This document shows, piece by piece, positions 51,922 to 62,127 of a stretch of DNA of 64,000 bases. The notes beneath the pieces are model-generated. The model saw only the letters and a list, made by a program, of their open reading frames with translations. It had not been told where the DNA came from and made no database searches. The translations under genes and the position numbers were made by a program. The stretch's first letter is position 1. Each line of letters opens with the position of its first letter. The stretch spans positions 953,355 through 1,017,354 of the forward strand of contig CBDANB010000007.1 in NCBI GenBank assembly GCA_965197395.1, in the 5' to 3' direction. This stretch comes from Vicinamibacterales bacterium. GTDB taxonomy: Bacteria > Acidobacteriota > Vicinamibacteria > Vicinamibacterales > UBA8438.

Positions 51922-54450
51922 CTAGGGACGGAACAGCCGCGTGATCTTGACCACCAAGCCGCGGTTCCGGAGCGCCGCGAACCGAGTCGGCATCAACGGA
52001 TCGGTGTCTTGCTCCTCCGTGTACACCACGAACAGCTCGCTGCCGGGCGAGTACTCCCAGCGCAGCCGGATGTTGCTACTGATCGTGTCCGTGCTCGAGT
52101 TGTACTGGACCAACCCGCTGAAGAACGTCCGCGGCGTTAACGTGTAGGTCACGCGCGAGGCGAGCAGATCGGTCCGAAACGACCCCGCGGGCGCGTCGAT
52201 CCAGTTGGCCGACACGATCGGCTCCAGCGAGAGTTGCCGCGTCACTTCGACGCGGCCGCGGCTGAAGCCGATCGACCGGATGTCGCCGCCGAAGTACTTT
52301 CCTGCCCGAACGGTCAGTCTCCCGGTCACCCGCCGCTGTGCGCCGGGCGCGTAGGTCACTTCGACGTCGCGAAAGCGGTAGCCACCGACGGCGAATGTCA
52401 CCCCGGGCGCCGGCGTGAACGGACGGACCACGAACTCGTAGTTGTCGGCCACGTTGATGCCAACCTGATCGCTGTTCTCGAATTCGGTGGCAAACCCGAC
52501 CTGCGACTGTCGTGTCTCGACGATCCCGGTGTCGGCGGTGACGATGTAGTCGACGCTGCCCTCGAGACGGAATTGCCGGATCGCCTCGAGCGACCGTGGG
52601 CGGGGGCTGAAGCGAGCCGTTGTGTAGGTTCGCCGGAAGTTGTCTCGTCGGAGAAAGCCGACCTCAGGGATGAAGCGGTCGCCGACGACGAGGTGCTCGG
52701 CCTGGAACCCATAGCGGTCGCCGGCGTAATCGAAGCGGCCCTGGTAGCTCGTGTCCTCGCCGTTGCTGCCGGGGGTCTCGGTCCTGGCCACGTACCCCAG
52801 CAGACTGATGTTCTCGTAGAAGGACAGCGTGGCATCAGCGCCGTACACCCGGCTCGAGCCGTCACCGACGAGGGAGACCGAACGGTTCGTGAAGATGGCG
52901 CCCACGCTGCTACGACGGAGGATGTCGCGCTTGAGACGCACAACCGTGAAGTTCGTCGTCTCGGCGCCCGAGATCGCGTCGTCACCCGTCTGGATGCTCA
53001 GGGCCCCGACGTCGAACGCACCAGCCTTGCCGGTGACGCGGCCACCGCCGACGATCGGGACGACCGCACCTCCCTGGAGACCGATCGTCCGGCTGTAGAA
53101 CAGCGTCGGGGCATTCCCGCCGCCGAAGGAGCTCCCGCTCGTGGTCCCACCCTCGGGCCGCAATGCGCTGTTCCGCCGGCTCGAACCACCGGGCCGGGCA
53201 AAGTCGAAGATGCCGCGGCCTTCGAGGAAGAACTCGCGCTTCTCCGGGAAGAACAAGTTGAACCGCGTGAGGTTGACCTGTTGCTCGTCGACCTCGACCT
53301 GGGCGAAATCGGTGTTGTAGGTGAAGTCGGCGGTCAGATTCTGCGTGATGCCGTATTTGACATCGACGCCGGCGTCGCCGTCGCCCTCGTTCCTCCGTGG
53401 CGGGCTGGCCGTGAGCTCGGTCGTCACCCCCGCGATGCCGTACGGCTTGATTTCGACGTTGTGGCTGTCCTCCGGCACCTCGAGTCCTACCAGCGTGGCG
53501 CCGACGGACACGCGAAAGATGCCACCGCGCCCGGCGGAGATCGGCACCGGCGTGATGAAGGCTCGCTCGTTCTTGCGCCGGATGTTGCGCCGCAGTTGGA
53601 CACCCCACACGGGAGCCGGCCCCGGCCGATACCGGAGCGAGCGGAACGGGATCGCCATTTCAACGGTCCACCCAGCGTCGAACCGCCCGGCGCGCACGTC
53701 CCACACCGGATTCCAGTCGCTGTTCGGATTCCCCTCGTTGGTGATTTGGAAATCGCCGAACGCACCGAGAGGACTGGCATGGAACGTGACCGCGTTGCGT
53801 CGATCGTAGAACGTGTCGAATGCCACCCAGAACGAATCGTTGTCGCGGAGCTGGGTGGTGTCACGCCGCATCTCGTTCGCCACCCATTCGGTGGGTGGGG
53901 CTGAATCCCACACGCGCGCGCTCACGTACACGTGCGTCCGGTCGAACAGGATCCACGCATCGGTCTTCTCGGTCGCCGGTGCCCCTTCGTCGGGCGCCTG
54001 TTGGATGAAGCCGGTGATCGCCGGGACGACCTGATACACGCGCTCGTCGAGCCGTCCGTCGATGCGAAGAGGCTCGGTCAGCTCGATGGCTCGAATGGTG
54101 GCCCGCCCCTGCTCGTCGCGGCGGACCACGGCCGGCGGTGTCGGAGGCGGGGGGCCGTCGATCGTCGTGCGCGGCGGCTCGGCGACGTCCTGAGAGACAA
54201 CCGCGACGACGGGTTGGGCCGTCGCGGGACCGACGGCGGCAAGCCACAGGGCACAGACACTACCGCACCGCGCGGTCGCGCGCGCGCGCCGAGACAAGCA
54301 GGTTCTCCATGCCGTAGTTGCCCTCGTGGCAGGCGTACTCGAACAACGGACTGTCCGAGCGCCGCATGTCGACCCGCACCGACCAGGGCTGCGCATACGA
54401 GGCAGGATCGGCGATGGTGTACTCATACCGCAGCGTGTCGGCGTCGACAC
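51922..54450 (-). CDS. DUF5916/CBM9-like outer-membrane protein (true start probably near 54260)
   Basis: IDGRLDE, WTVEMAIPF, NTDFAQVEVD..FFPEKREFFLE. Confidence 0.85.
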   Translation of the reverse strand: MSTPTRCGMSTPSPILPRMRSPGRCGSTCGARTVRCSSTPATRATTAWRTCLSRRARATARCGSVCALWLAAVGPATAQPVVAVVSQDVAEPPRTTIDGPPPPTPPAVVRRDEQGRATIRAIELTEPLRIDGRLDERVYQVVPAITGFIQQAPDEGAPATEKTDAWILFDRTHVYVSARVWDSAPPTEWVANEMRRDTTQLRDNDSFWVAFDTFYDRRNAVTFHASPLGAFGDFQITNEGNPNSDWNPVWDVRAGRFDAGWTVEMAIPFRSLRYRPGPAPVWGVQLRRNIRRKNERAFITPVPISAGRGGIFRVSVGATLVGLEVPEDSHNVEIKPYGIAGVTTELTASPPRRNEGDGDAGVDVKYGITQNLTADFTYNTDFAQVEVDEQQVNLTRFNLFFPEKREFFLEGRGIFDFARPGGSSRRNSALRPEGGTTSGSSFGGGNAPTLFYSRTIGLQGGAVVPIVGGGRVTGKAGAFDVGALSIQTGDDAISGAETTNFTVVRLKRDILRRSSVGAIFTNRSVSLVGDGSSRVYGADATLSFYENISLLGYVARTETPGSNGEDTSYQGRFDYAGDRYGFQAEHLVVGDRFIPEVGFLRRDNFRRTYTTARFSPRPRSLEAIRQFRLEGSVDYIVTADTGIVETRQSQVGFATEFENSDQVGINVADNYEFVVRPFTPAPGVTFAVGGYRFRDVEVTYAPGAQRRVTGRLTVRAGKYFGGDIRSIGFSRGRVEVTRQLSLEPIVSANWIDAPAGSFRTDLLASRVTYTLTPRTFFSGLVQYNSSTDTISSNIRLRWEYSPGSELFVVYTEEQDTDPLMPTRFAALRNRGLVVKITRLFRP

Positions 54451-55219
54451 GCGTGAAGCGCTCGACCAGGCTCATGTCCGGCCCCGAGCCGCGGAAACTG
54501 GTCTTGCGGGTGAAGTTCCTGGTCTCGACCACCAGGGTATTGCCGTCCCAGTGTCCCCGGGAGTCGCCTTTCCACTGGCGGACATGATTCGGCAGGTGCG
54601 CCGATCCGTCGAGCGGAATGACTCGGGAGTCGTGCACCATCTCGTTGAGGATGACGACATGGTCCGGCGTCTGAAACAGCTGCATGTTGTTGTTATACGC
54701 GCTCGGATTCATCGGCGGACCGGAGTTGAAGCCCATAATGCAGCGCTCGAACGCGCCGCGATCCTCTGGCCCGTGGGCGTCCCGGCCCAGCAGTGCCCTG
54801 CGCGCCTGACCGCGCGCTTGTGCTGCCTCCGACCGCGCGGGAAGCTTGCCGTCCGACGGATCGACGACGAGCGCGGTGCGTCGCTCTTCTCCGATCGACG
54901 TGCCGCGGTCATACCAGAAGTTGTTGTAGCCACCGGATACCGGCAGCCGGCCATTCTCATCGCGCCAGTTGTCGACGTTCTGCGCGTCCACGCGCTCCTG
55001 CTCGAACGCGGATGCCTCCTCCGGGCTCAGGGTCGCCTTCCCGGCCAGCTCGTCAGGTCGCTCGAACGGAATGGCGCTCCGGAAGTCCCACACGCCCTGG
55101 AGGTCGCGCTCGGGAGCAATGCCAGCCGGCGTCTGTCCGGCCGACAGCGAAGGCACCAGGAGACACAGCCCGACCAGCGCTGCCGCACTCACCCACTGAT
55201 TGTAGTGTCGCGTCTGCAT
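54260..55219 (-). CDS. Conserved secreted hypothetical protein
   Basis: Signal peptide; DLQGVW, GDSRGHWDGNTLVVET, EYACHEGN; SD GGAGG. Confidence 0.8.
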   Translation of the reverse strand: MQTRHYNQWVSAAALVGLCLLVPSLSAGQTPAGIAPERDLQGVWDFRSAIPFERPDELAGKATLSPEEASAFEQERVDAQNVDNWRDENGRLPVSGGYNNFWYDRGTSIGEERRTALVVDPSDGKLPARSEAAQARGQARRALLGRDAHGPEDRGAFERCIMGFNSGPPMNPSAYNNNMQLFQTPDHVVILNEMVHDSRVIPLDGSAHLPNHVRQWKGDSRGHWDGNTLVVETRNFTRKTSFRGSGPDMSLVERFTRVDADTLRYEYTIADPASYAQPWSVRVDMRRSDSPLFEYACHEGNYGMENLLVSARARDRAVR

Positions 55220-55327
55220 GCGCATCCTCCTCACACCGGCAGCCGGGTCCTCGGGCCGCCGCCTGCGGACGAACGATTCTCTCACGAGACGAGCCGCTAG
55301 CCGTTCAACCTCCCTCATAATCGGCGT

Positions 55328-56296
55328 GTGAAGGCGATCGTACTCACGAGATACGGGACTCTCGATGATCTCGAGCTGCGAGATGTCGACAAGCCGCGTC
55401 CCAAGGCTGATGAGGTCTTGATAGCGGTCCACGCGTCGGCCGTGAACGACTGGGATCTGGGGCTTCTCAAAGGCAAGCCGCTGTTCATGCGGGCCTTCCT
55501 CGGTCTTCTGCGACCAAGGATACGCATCATGGGCGCCGAAGTGGCTGGACGAATTGAAGCCGTTGGCGCAGACGTGCACCACCTGAAGCCGGGCGCCGAC
55601 GTCTACGTGGATCTCAGCGAGAGTGGGTTTGGAGGATTCGCCGAGTATGTGTGCGCGCGCGAAGCATCAGTGGCGCAGATGCCGGCGACGCTCACCTACG
55701 AGCAGGCCGTCGCGATACCCCACGCAGCCATGTTGGCCCAGCAGGCGCTCCGTGACATAGCGCAGATGCGCGAAGGCCAAACGCTCCTCATCAACGGCGC
55801 AGGTGGCGGCGTCGGCCCGATTGGTTTACAACTTGCCAAATTGCACGGTATCGAAGTGACCGGCGTCGACAGCGCGGCGAAACAGGACTTTCTGCGTTCG
55901 CTTGGCTGTGACCATGTCATCGACTACGCACAGCAAGACTTCACCAAGACCGGTCTCAGCTACGACCTGATTCTCGATGTAAAGACGACTCGTTCGCCCT
56001 TTGCGTACGCGCGCGCACTACGTCCGAACGGGACGTATGTCACGGTCGGCGGATCAATGCCTCGAGTGTTCCAATGCCTGCTGTTCGGACGGTGGATTGC
56101 GGCAACCAGGAACAAGCACATTCGGATTCTTGGCTTGAAGCCCAACAAGGGACTCGATGACATGACTCAGCTAGCGGAAGCCGGGAAAATCGTGCCGTCG
56201 ATCGATGAGACCTACCCGTTGCGTGATGTGCCCCAAGCGCTCCGACGGTTCGAAGCAGCACACCACAAAGGCAAGATCGTCATCGCCGTGCGTTAG
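55328..56296 (+). CDS. MDR-family NAD(P)-dependent oxidoreductase
   Basis: LINGAGGGVG, GGFAEYV, HKGKIVI. Confidence 0.9.
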   Translation: MKAIVLTRYGTLDDLELRDVDKPRPKADEVLIAVHASAVNDWDLGLLKGKPLFMRAFLGLLRPRIRIMGAEVAGRIEAVGADVHHLKPGADVYVDLSESGFGGFAEYVCAREASVAQMPATLTYEQAVAIPHAAMLAQQALRDIAQMREGQTLLINGAGGGVGPIGLQLAKLHGIEVTGVDSAAKQDFLRSLGCDHVIDYAQQDFTKTGLSYDLILDVKTTRSPFAYARALRPNGTYVTVGGSMPRVFQCLLFGRWIAATRNKHIRILGLKPNKGLDDMTQLAEAGKIVPSIDETYPLRDVPQALRRFEAAHHKGKIVIAVR

Positions 56297-57330
56297 TTGC
56301 CGGGGGGCGACCCGGACACCAGATAGCTGATTACGGTCACCGCCAGATACGTGCCGAGCAGGACAAAGCCGACAGGGCGTCCAAGCGTCTCGTCGCGGGC
56401 CGTCCATATTCCTGTGCGAAAGACCACGAGCAGGAAGAGCAGCGCCGGGAAGTGCGTCGTGAAGAAGACGGGGTCCACCATGAGCCCACCCGTCGTCACC
56501 GCCGCCGCGCCGCCGGCGACGAACAGGACGTTCAGGATGTCGGCGCCGATCACGTTGCCGACGGCGAGCTCGCCGTGGCCCTTCAGCGCCGCGGTGACAA
56601 CGACCGTCAGCTCGGGGAGCGACGTGCCGAACGCCACCAGCGTCGCGGCGATGATGCTCGGCGGCACGTCGAGTCGCGCGGCGAGCTCCGCGGCGGCAGC
56701 AATGAGAAACGCCGATGCGACGATGACCAGCGCCAGACCGACCGCGAGGCCGAGCACCGCCCGACCCACGCTGTGACGCTCCGCCTCGCCGCCTTCCTCG
56801 GTCGCGGCGCTCGTGCGTGCCGTCTGCACCGACCACACGAGGTAGAGCACCAGGAGTCCGACGAAGACCCAGCCGGCGCCCTGCCGGAGCGTCCCCCCGG
56901 AAGCGAACGCCGACAACGGGTCGGCCATCGGCAGGCAGACCAAAACGAGGAGCACGCCGCTCGCCACCTTCCCCCACCCCTGGCGGTTGACCACGCGCAT
57001 GTCCAGCGGGAGCGGCGTGATCAGGCATCCGATGCCGAGAATGAGACCGGTGTTACAGATGATCGACCCGACGGCGTTGCCGAGCGCCATCTCGGATCGA
57101 CCCTGGAGCGCCGCCAACACCGAGACGACAGCCTCCGGCATGGTGGTGCCCAGGCTGACGATCGTCGCTCCGACGATGACGCGCGGTACCCCCCATCGGC
57201 GCGACAACACCACCGCGTTGTCGACCAGCACGTCGGCCCCCTTGGCGAGGATGACGACGCTGAACGCGATGACCGCGACGAGCGTGGGACTCGACCAGGC
57301 CGCGACGAGGGTGTCGAGATACTCGGCCAT
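56293..57330 (-). CDS. Calcium/sodium antiporter (YrbG-like)
   Basis: Alpha repeats GTTMPE..GNAVGS and GTSLPE..GNVIGA. Confidence 0.92.
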   Translation of the reverse strand: MAEYLDTLVAAWSSPTLVAVIAFSVVILAKGADVLVDNAVVLSRRWGVPRVIVGATIVSLGTTMPEAVVSVLAALQGRSEMALGNAVGSIICNTGLILGIGCLITPLPLDMRVVNRQGWGKVASGVLLVLVCLPMADPLSAFASGGTLRQGAGWVFVGLLVLYLVWSVQTARTSAATEEGGEAERHSVGRAVLGLAVGLALVIVASAFLIAAAAELAARLDVPPSIIAATLVAFGTSLPELTVVVTAALKGHGELAVGNVIGADILNVLFVAGGAAAVTTGGLMVDPVFFTTHFPALLFLLVVFRTGIWTARDETLGRPVGFVLLGTYLAVTVISYLVSGSPPGN

Positions 57331-57365
57331 GAGAAAACGCCGAACAGTCTAGCTTGCCGCGTCAA

Positions 57366-57460
57366 GCCAAGGCGCGCACGGCGCGCCTCGCGGCCGCGGA
57401 GTGGGGCTCTCGGGGTCCCCGCGGAGCGGCCGCGTGGGGTTCGGGGCGAAGCCCCGTCTA
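57366..57460 (+). repeat. ~95-bp GC-rich intergenic repeat, copy 1
   Basis: Inverted copy at 61981-62074; ends GGGGTTCGGGGCGAAGCCCC. Confidence 0.85.
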
Positions 57461-57463
57461 ATT

Positions 57464-58660
57464 CTAAAAAAACCAGCTCACCGACATGAAGCCGGTGATG
57501 CCGGCGAGACCGTACTCCGAGGGCAGCGGGCGCGCCTCCGTGATCTCCGTGTCGCCGAACCCGAAGTAGAGACCGCCGGCGACCGCCGTGTTGTCGCCGG
57601 CCGAGTAGGCGAGGTTCGGCGCAACGAGCACGCTCCCATCGTTCAGGTTCCACAGCACGAAGTTGCCCGCGGTCCAGAGCGGGCTGAGCTGGATGGACCC
57701 GCTCACCATGGTCTCGTCCCGGCCGAACACCTGATACTCACCGCGCCGGAATTCTCGCGATTGCAGAATGGACAGATAGTCGCCGGGCGAGGTGGCACCG
57801 AGCCCGTCGCGCTGGTACTCCCACGCGACGCTAATCGCCCGCCCGTCCGCAAAGAAGAACGCCCGATCGACGCCGATGGTGCCGCGGCCGACGATGGTCT
57901 CGTCGATCTGGCGAATGACCGCCTCGGCGCGGATGGCCCACGCGCCGATGCCGCCGGCGGCCCCGAAGGCGCCCGCCACGTCGCCATAGAGCGAGCCGCC
58001 CCACCCGGAAAGCTCCCAGTTCTTCACGGTGGTCAGGCCGCGCCCGAGTGCGGTCACCTCCTCCCCCACGTCGGTGTCGGTCGGGCGCACGACAACGTCG
58101 ATCTCGCTGAGGGGCCCCGGGTAGACACGCACGCGAAAGGCGTCGACGCCGGCCCGATACACCCGGAAGGGATCGGTCGGGATGAAGGGGATGAACGGAT
58201 CGGCTGGCGAGAGAAAGTTGGTCGTGCCCCACGAAATCGTCTGGCGCCCAAACCGGATGTCAACTGTGTCGGACGGACTCAGTCCCACGTTGAGCCGGTC
58301 GAACCGATGCTGCCAGACGACGTGCTCCTGGCCGGAGCTCGTGATGGTCCCTTGCAGCTCCCACCACTCCGCGCCACCCTGCACGCCGCCGAGCCCGAAC
58401 CCCGGGGCGACGTTGAATTGGCGGAAGCTGACGGCATGCTCGTACGCGACCTCGAGCGAGAACGGTCCCGCCTGCGGCTCGATCGACAGGCGGAACCGGC
58501 TCAAATTGCTGGCGTTGCTCGGCGTCAGTTTCGTGGCGCCGCTGAAGAGCGGCGCGGTCTGGAAGTACCCGGAGAGCCAGCTCGGCTGCGCGTGGAGTGT
58601 CGCACCGCCGGCCGCCCAGCAGCAGGCGACCGAGAGCACGGCGGCGACGACGCGATGCAT
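57464..58660 (-). CDS. Putative outer-membrane beta-barrel protein
   Basis: Signal peptide, GRQTISWG, C-terminal VSWFF. Confidence 0.75.
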   Translation of the reverse strand: MHRVVAAVLSVACCWAAGGATLHAQPSWLSGYFQTAPLFSGATKLTPSNASNLSRFRLSIEPQAGPFSLEVAYEHAVSFRQFNVAPGFGLGGVQGGAEWWELQGTITSSGQEHVVWQHRFDRLNVGLSPSDTVDIRFGRQTISWGTTNFLSPADPFIPFIPTDPFRVYRAGVDAFRVRVYPGPLSEIDVVVRPTDTDVGEEVTALGRGLTTVKNWELSGWGGSLYGDVAGAFGAAGGIGAWAIRAEAVIRQIDETIVGRGTIGVDRAFFFADGRAISVAWEYQRDGLGATSPGDYLSILQSREFRRGEYQVFGRDETMVSGSIQLSPLWTAGNFVLWNLNDGSVLVAPNLAYSAGDNTAVAGGLYFGFGDTEITEARPLPSEYGLAGITGFMSVSWFF

Positions 58661-59409
58661 CAGGAGCGTGTCTCGTCCGAGTCGATCGCACCGTCGACCA
58701 TGCGGACCAGCCGGCGCGCCCGGTCCATGACGTGATCGTCGTGCGTGGCGAAGACGAAGGTGACGCCGAGATCGCGATTGAGCTCCGCCATCAAGTCGAG
58801 CAGCGCCTCGCTGGAGTGTGAATCGAGATTCGCCGTCGGCTCGTCGGCCAGGACGAGCGCAGGCTTGCTCGCCACGGCGCGGACCACGGCCACGCGTTGC
58901 TGCTGCCCGCCGGAGAGCTTGCCCGGCCGCCGGTCCTCGAGCCCCGTGATCCCCGTACGCTCGAAGAGCTCGCGGACGCGGGCCGCGCGGTCCTCGGCCA
59001 GGACCCCCTGGAGCAGCATCGGGAACTCGGCATTCTCCATCGCGGAGAGCACCGGCAACAGGTTGTACGCCTGGAAGATGAACCCGATCTGCTCCAGTCG
59101 GAGCTGAGCCAGTGACTCGTTCGACATCTCGCTCAGCTCGTCGCCCGCCACCCAGATCCGGCCGCGCGTCGGACGGGTCAGACCGCCGATCAGGTTGAGC
59201 AGCGTCGTCTTCCCGGAGCCGGACGGTCCGGCGAGCGCCGTGAACTCACCGGACGCGATCGTGAGGCTCACGTCGCGCACCGCCTGCACCTCTTCCGCCT
59301 CCTGCTGGAAGATCTTCCAAACGCCTTCCGTGCGCACGGCCGGTTCGCCAGCCGCCGAGGTCGGATCAAGTGCCGTCGCCACCGGGCTCGCGAGTGTGGA
59401 TTCGGTCAT
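58660..59409 (-). CDS. LolD-like ABC ATP-binding protein
   Basis: GPSGSGKT, LSGGQQQR, LADEPT. Confidence 0.93.
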   Translation of the reverse strand: MTESTLASPVATALDPTSAAGEPAVRTEGVWKIFQQEAEEVQAVRDVSLTIASGEFTALAGPSGSGKTTLLNLIGGLTRPTRGRIWVAGDELSEMSNESLAQLRLEQIGFIFQAYNLLPVLSAMENAEFPMLLQGVLAEDRAARVRELFERTGITGLEDRRPGKLSGGQQQRVAVVRAVASKPALVLADEPTANLDSHSSEALLDLMAELNRDLGVTFVFATHDDHVMDRARRLVRMVDGAIDSDETRS

Positions 59410-59416
59410 GTCTCTC

Positions 59417-60715
59417 CTACCGCTCGAACTTCATCGACTCGGCGACATCGATCGTGGCCGCGCGAACCGCCGGATAGATGGAGGCGATGCCACCAATCAA
59501 GATGATCCACCCCGCAGACTGGGCCAGCCGCGACAGCCGGAACTGCGGGTAGATGACCGGATCGATCGCCACACCGGAGAACTGCATCTCGCTGAGCTCG
59601 CCGGCGATCTGCGCCAGATCGAGACCGTCGGCCATGAAGAACCAGGTCATGACCACCCCGAGCCCGACGCCGGCGATGCCCGCGGTGGCGGTCAACAGCA
59701 GCCCCTCCACCAGCACCACCGCGCCGGTCTGACGCGGTGTCAGGCCGAGCGCCTGGAGCACACCGAACTCCCTGTTGCGGTGGAGCACCGACATCAACAC
59801 CGTGTTGACGATGCTGAAGCCGATGATGACGAACAGGATGCCGAAAATGAGGTAAGCACCCCACTCGTCGATCAGGACCGCGTCGCGGAGCGCGGGCATT
59901 GCCTCGCGCCACCCCATGACGACCGCCTCGCCGCGCGCGATTGGCTCGGCGAGCGCTTGACGCAGCTCGCGCACAACCCCCGGCACCGCCGTGCTCACGT
60001 CGACCATCACGCCGACACTCGTGACATCGTCGCCGGCATCGAGCCACTCGCCGGCGGTCGCGATCGGAACGTGAATCACGGCATTGTCGAGCTCCGGGAT
60101 ACCGCTCTGGAAGATCCCGACGACGCGCACAAGCTGTCCGGCGACGTCTTTCTTCGCGTCCTGCGCCGTCAGGACGAGGCGCGAGCCGAGGCGCAGCTCC
60201 AGGCTGTCGACCAGCCCCGCACCGACGTAGGCGGCCAGCCGATCATCCGTCGCGAGGTAGCGACCCTCGACGCACTGCTCGTCGAGGGGGCTGAGCGCCG
60301 CCTCGGCGACCGGGTCGACGCCGAGGATCTGCGCCGGTCGCGCGCCCGCAGCGGAGCTCGCAAGCCCGCTGACCGTGAGGCGGCTGAACACCGAGGTGAC
60401 CCGCTCGGCGATCTCCGGAGATTCGAGCGCCGCCATCACCGCCGGGCGCGCTTTCGCCGGTAGACGGTCCTCGATCTTCCGGCTAAGCCGGAACTCGGGG
60501 TGCTCGATTGTCACGTGGCCGCTGCCGGTTCTCACGCCGGAATCGATCCACTGCTCGTGTGTGCCGTCCCCCAGGATGAGCGCGAACATGAGCATCGCGC
60601 CGCCGAGAATCAACGCTGTGGCGGTCAGGATCGTGCGGCGCAGGTTGCGACGGAGATTGCGCAGCGCGAGGGTCAGGATGACGCCGATGTGCATCGAGGG
60701 CCGTTGCTGTGTCAT
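59417..60715 (-). CDS. FtsX/LolE-like ABC permease
   Basis: ALRNLRRNLRRT, NTVLMSVLHRNREFG. Confidence 0.9.
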   Translation of the reverse strand: MTQQRPSMHIGVILTLALRNLRRNLRRTILTATALILGGAMLMFALILGDGTHEQWIDSGVRTGSGHVTIEHPEFRLSRKIEDRLPAKARPAVMAALESPEIAERVTSVFSRLTVSGLASSAAGARPAQILGVDPVAEAALSPLDEQCVEGRYLATDDRLAAYVGAGLVDSLELRLGSRLVLTAQDAKKDVAGQLVRVVGIFQSGIPELDNAVIHVPIATAGEWLDAGDDVTSVGVMVDVSTAVPGVVRELRQALAEPIARGEAVVMGWREAMPALRDAVLIDEWGAYLIFGILFVIIGFSIVNTVLMSVLHRNREFGVLQALGLTPRQTGAVVLVEGLLLTATAGIAGVGLGVVMTWFFMADGLDLAQIAGELSEMQFSGVAIDPVIYPQFRLSRLAQSAGWIILIGGIASIYPAVRAATIDVAESMKFER

Positions 60716-60719
60716 CTGC

Positions 60720-61976
60720 CTAGAGTCCAGAGAGCGTGTCAGCTGGCGGGACACGCGCCGCGCGCGCGGCAGGATAGAGCGCCGCCAGGAGCGCCGTTAC
60801 GACCAGCGCGACCGCGCCCCACACCCAGATCGCCACATTCCACTCGACGCGAAGCACAGGGCGTATCAGCGCGCCGTTCATCGAGATGTTGCCGTAGAGC
60901 CGGCTCAAATCAGGTGGGGCGACGTTCCACCAGAACATGAGCGGCAGGCTGATCACCAACCCGAAGACCAAGGCGACGCCGCCCATCGCCACCGCCTCGT
61001 AGAGCACGGTCTTGACGATCGAGCGGGGCTTGGCGCCGAGCGCCAGCATGACGGCGATCTCGCGCCGACGCTCGTACGTCGCCATCAGCATCGTGTTGGC
61101 CACGCCAAAGATGGCGATGCCGAAAACGATCACGAAGACGAGGAAATAGAAGGAATCGATCAGGACGACGAAATCGAGGATCACCGGGTTCAGCTCGGTC
61201 CATGAGGCCACCTCGACGGCGAGATCGCCGGGCGCCAGCGCCGAGACAAGGCGGCCGGCGGTGTCATCAGCGACCCACGGACCGTCGGTCGCCACGGCGA
61301 TCTCGTGAATCCGACCGGCGTCCAGCGTGATCAATGTCTGGAGATCCGCGAGCGGCATCACCGCCTGGGCCGCGTCGAGCTCCACGATCCCCGTCCGGAA
61401 GATCGCCGCCACTGTGTAGAGGTCGTTCCCCATCGACCCGTCGGCCCCCGGCGCCACGACGACCACCTCATCGCCGATGCCCACCTCGAGCTGCCGCGCC
61501 ATCTCGACTCCGACCGCCACCTGGTTGCGACCCGACTCGGGCAGCTCCCCGTCCACCAGCTCGTCGAGAAACCGACTGACCGTGCGCTCACGCGTGGGAT
61601 CGATCCCCATCAGCATGCCGGCCGAGGTCGACTCGCCGGAGCTGACGAGCCCGGCGGCATAGACGCGCGGCGCCACCGCGACCACCCCGGCATCGGCAGC
61701 GACCCCGTCAAGCAGCCGAGCGATGTCGGTGCCATCGCGACCACCGATCGTGTCGTAGAGGCTCCGCTCGGGTCGGTACTCGTCGTCGTGGATCTCGATC
61801 TGACCGCTCACGAGACCGGTCGCGTTCTCGACCATCTCGGCCGTGAGACCCTCCGCCCACCCGATCATGAAGATCACCGCGAAGTAGCCGACCGCCAACC
61901 CCAGCGCGGTCAGCACCGTCCGCTTGCGGTGGCGCGCGAGGTTGCGCCAGCCGATCCGAGGCCAGGGATTTTCCAT
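60720..61976 (-). CDS. FtsX/LolE-like ABC permease
   Basis: WRNLARHRKRT, NTMLMATYERRREI. Confidence 0.9.
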   Translation of the reverse strand: MENPWPRIGWRNLARHRKRTVLTALGLAVGYFAVIFMIGWAEGLTAEMVENATGLVSGQIEIHDDEYRPERSLYDTIGGRDGTDIARLLDGVAADAGVVAVAPRVYAAGLVSSGESTSAGMLMGIDPTRERTVSRFLDELVDGELPESGRNQVAVGVEMARQLEVGIGDEVVVVAPGADGSMGNDLYTVAAIFRTGIVELDAAQAVMPLADLQTLITLDAGRIHEIAVATDGPWVADDTAGRLVSALAPGDLAVEVASWTELNPVILDFVVLIDSFYFLVFVIVFGIAIFGVANTMLMATYERRREIAVMLALGAKPRSIVKTVLYEAVAMGGVALVFGLVISLPLMFWWNVAPPDLSRLYGNISMNGALIRPVLRVEWNVAIWVWGAVALVVTALLAALYPAARAARVPPADTLSGL

Positions 61977-61980
61977 AATC

Positions 61981-62074
61981 AGATGGGGCTTCGCCCCAAA
62001 CCCCCCGCGACCGCTGCGTGGGGACCCCGAGAGCCCCACTCCGCGGCCGCGAGGCGCGCCGTGCGCGCCTTGGC
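61981..62074 (-). repeat. ~95-bp GC-rich intergenic repeat, copy 2
   Basis: Reverse complement of 57366-57460 with a few changes. Confidence 0.85.
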
Positions 62075-62127
62075 CCCAGATGGGCTTCGACGCAAGCGCT
62101 CACGGCAGTCGGGACAGCTAGATCGGG

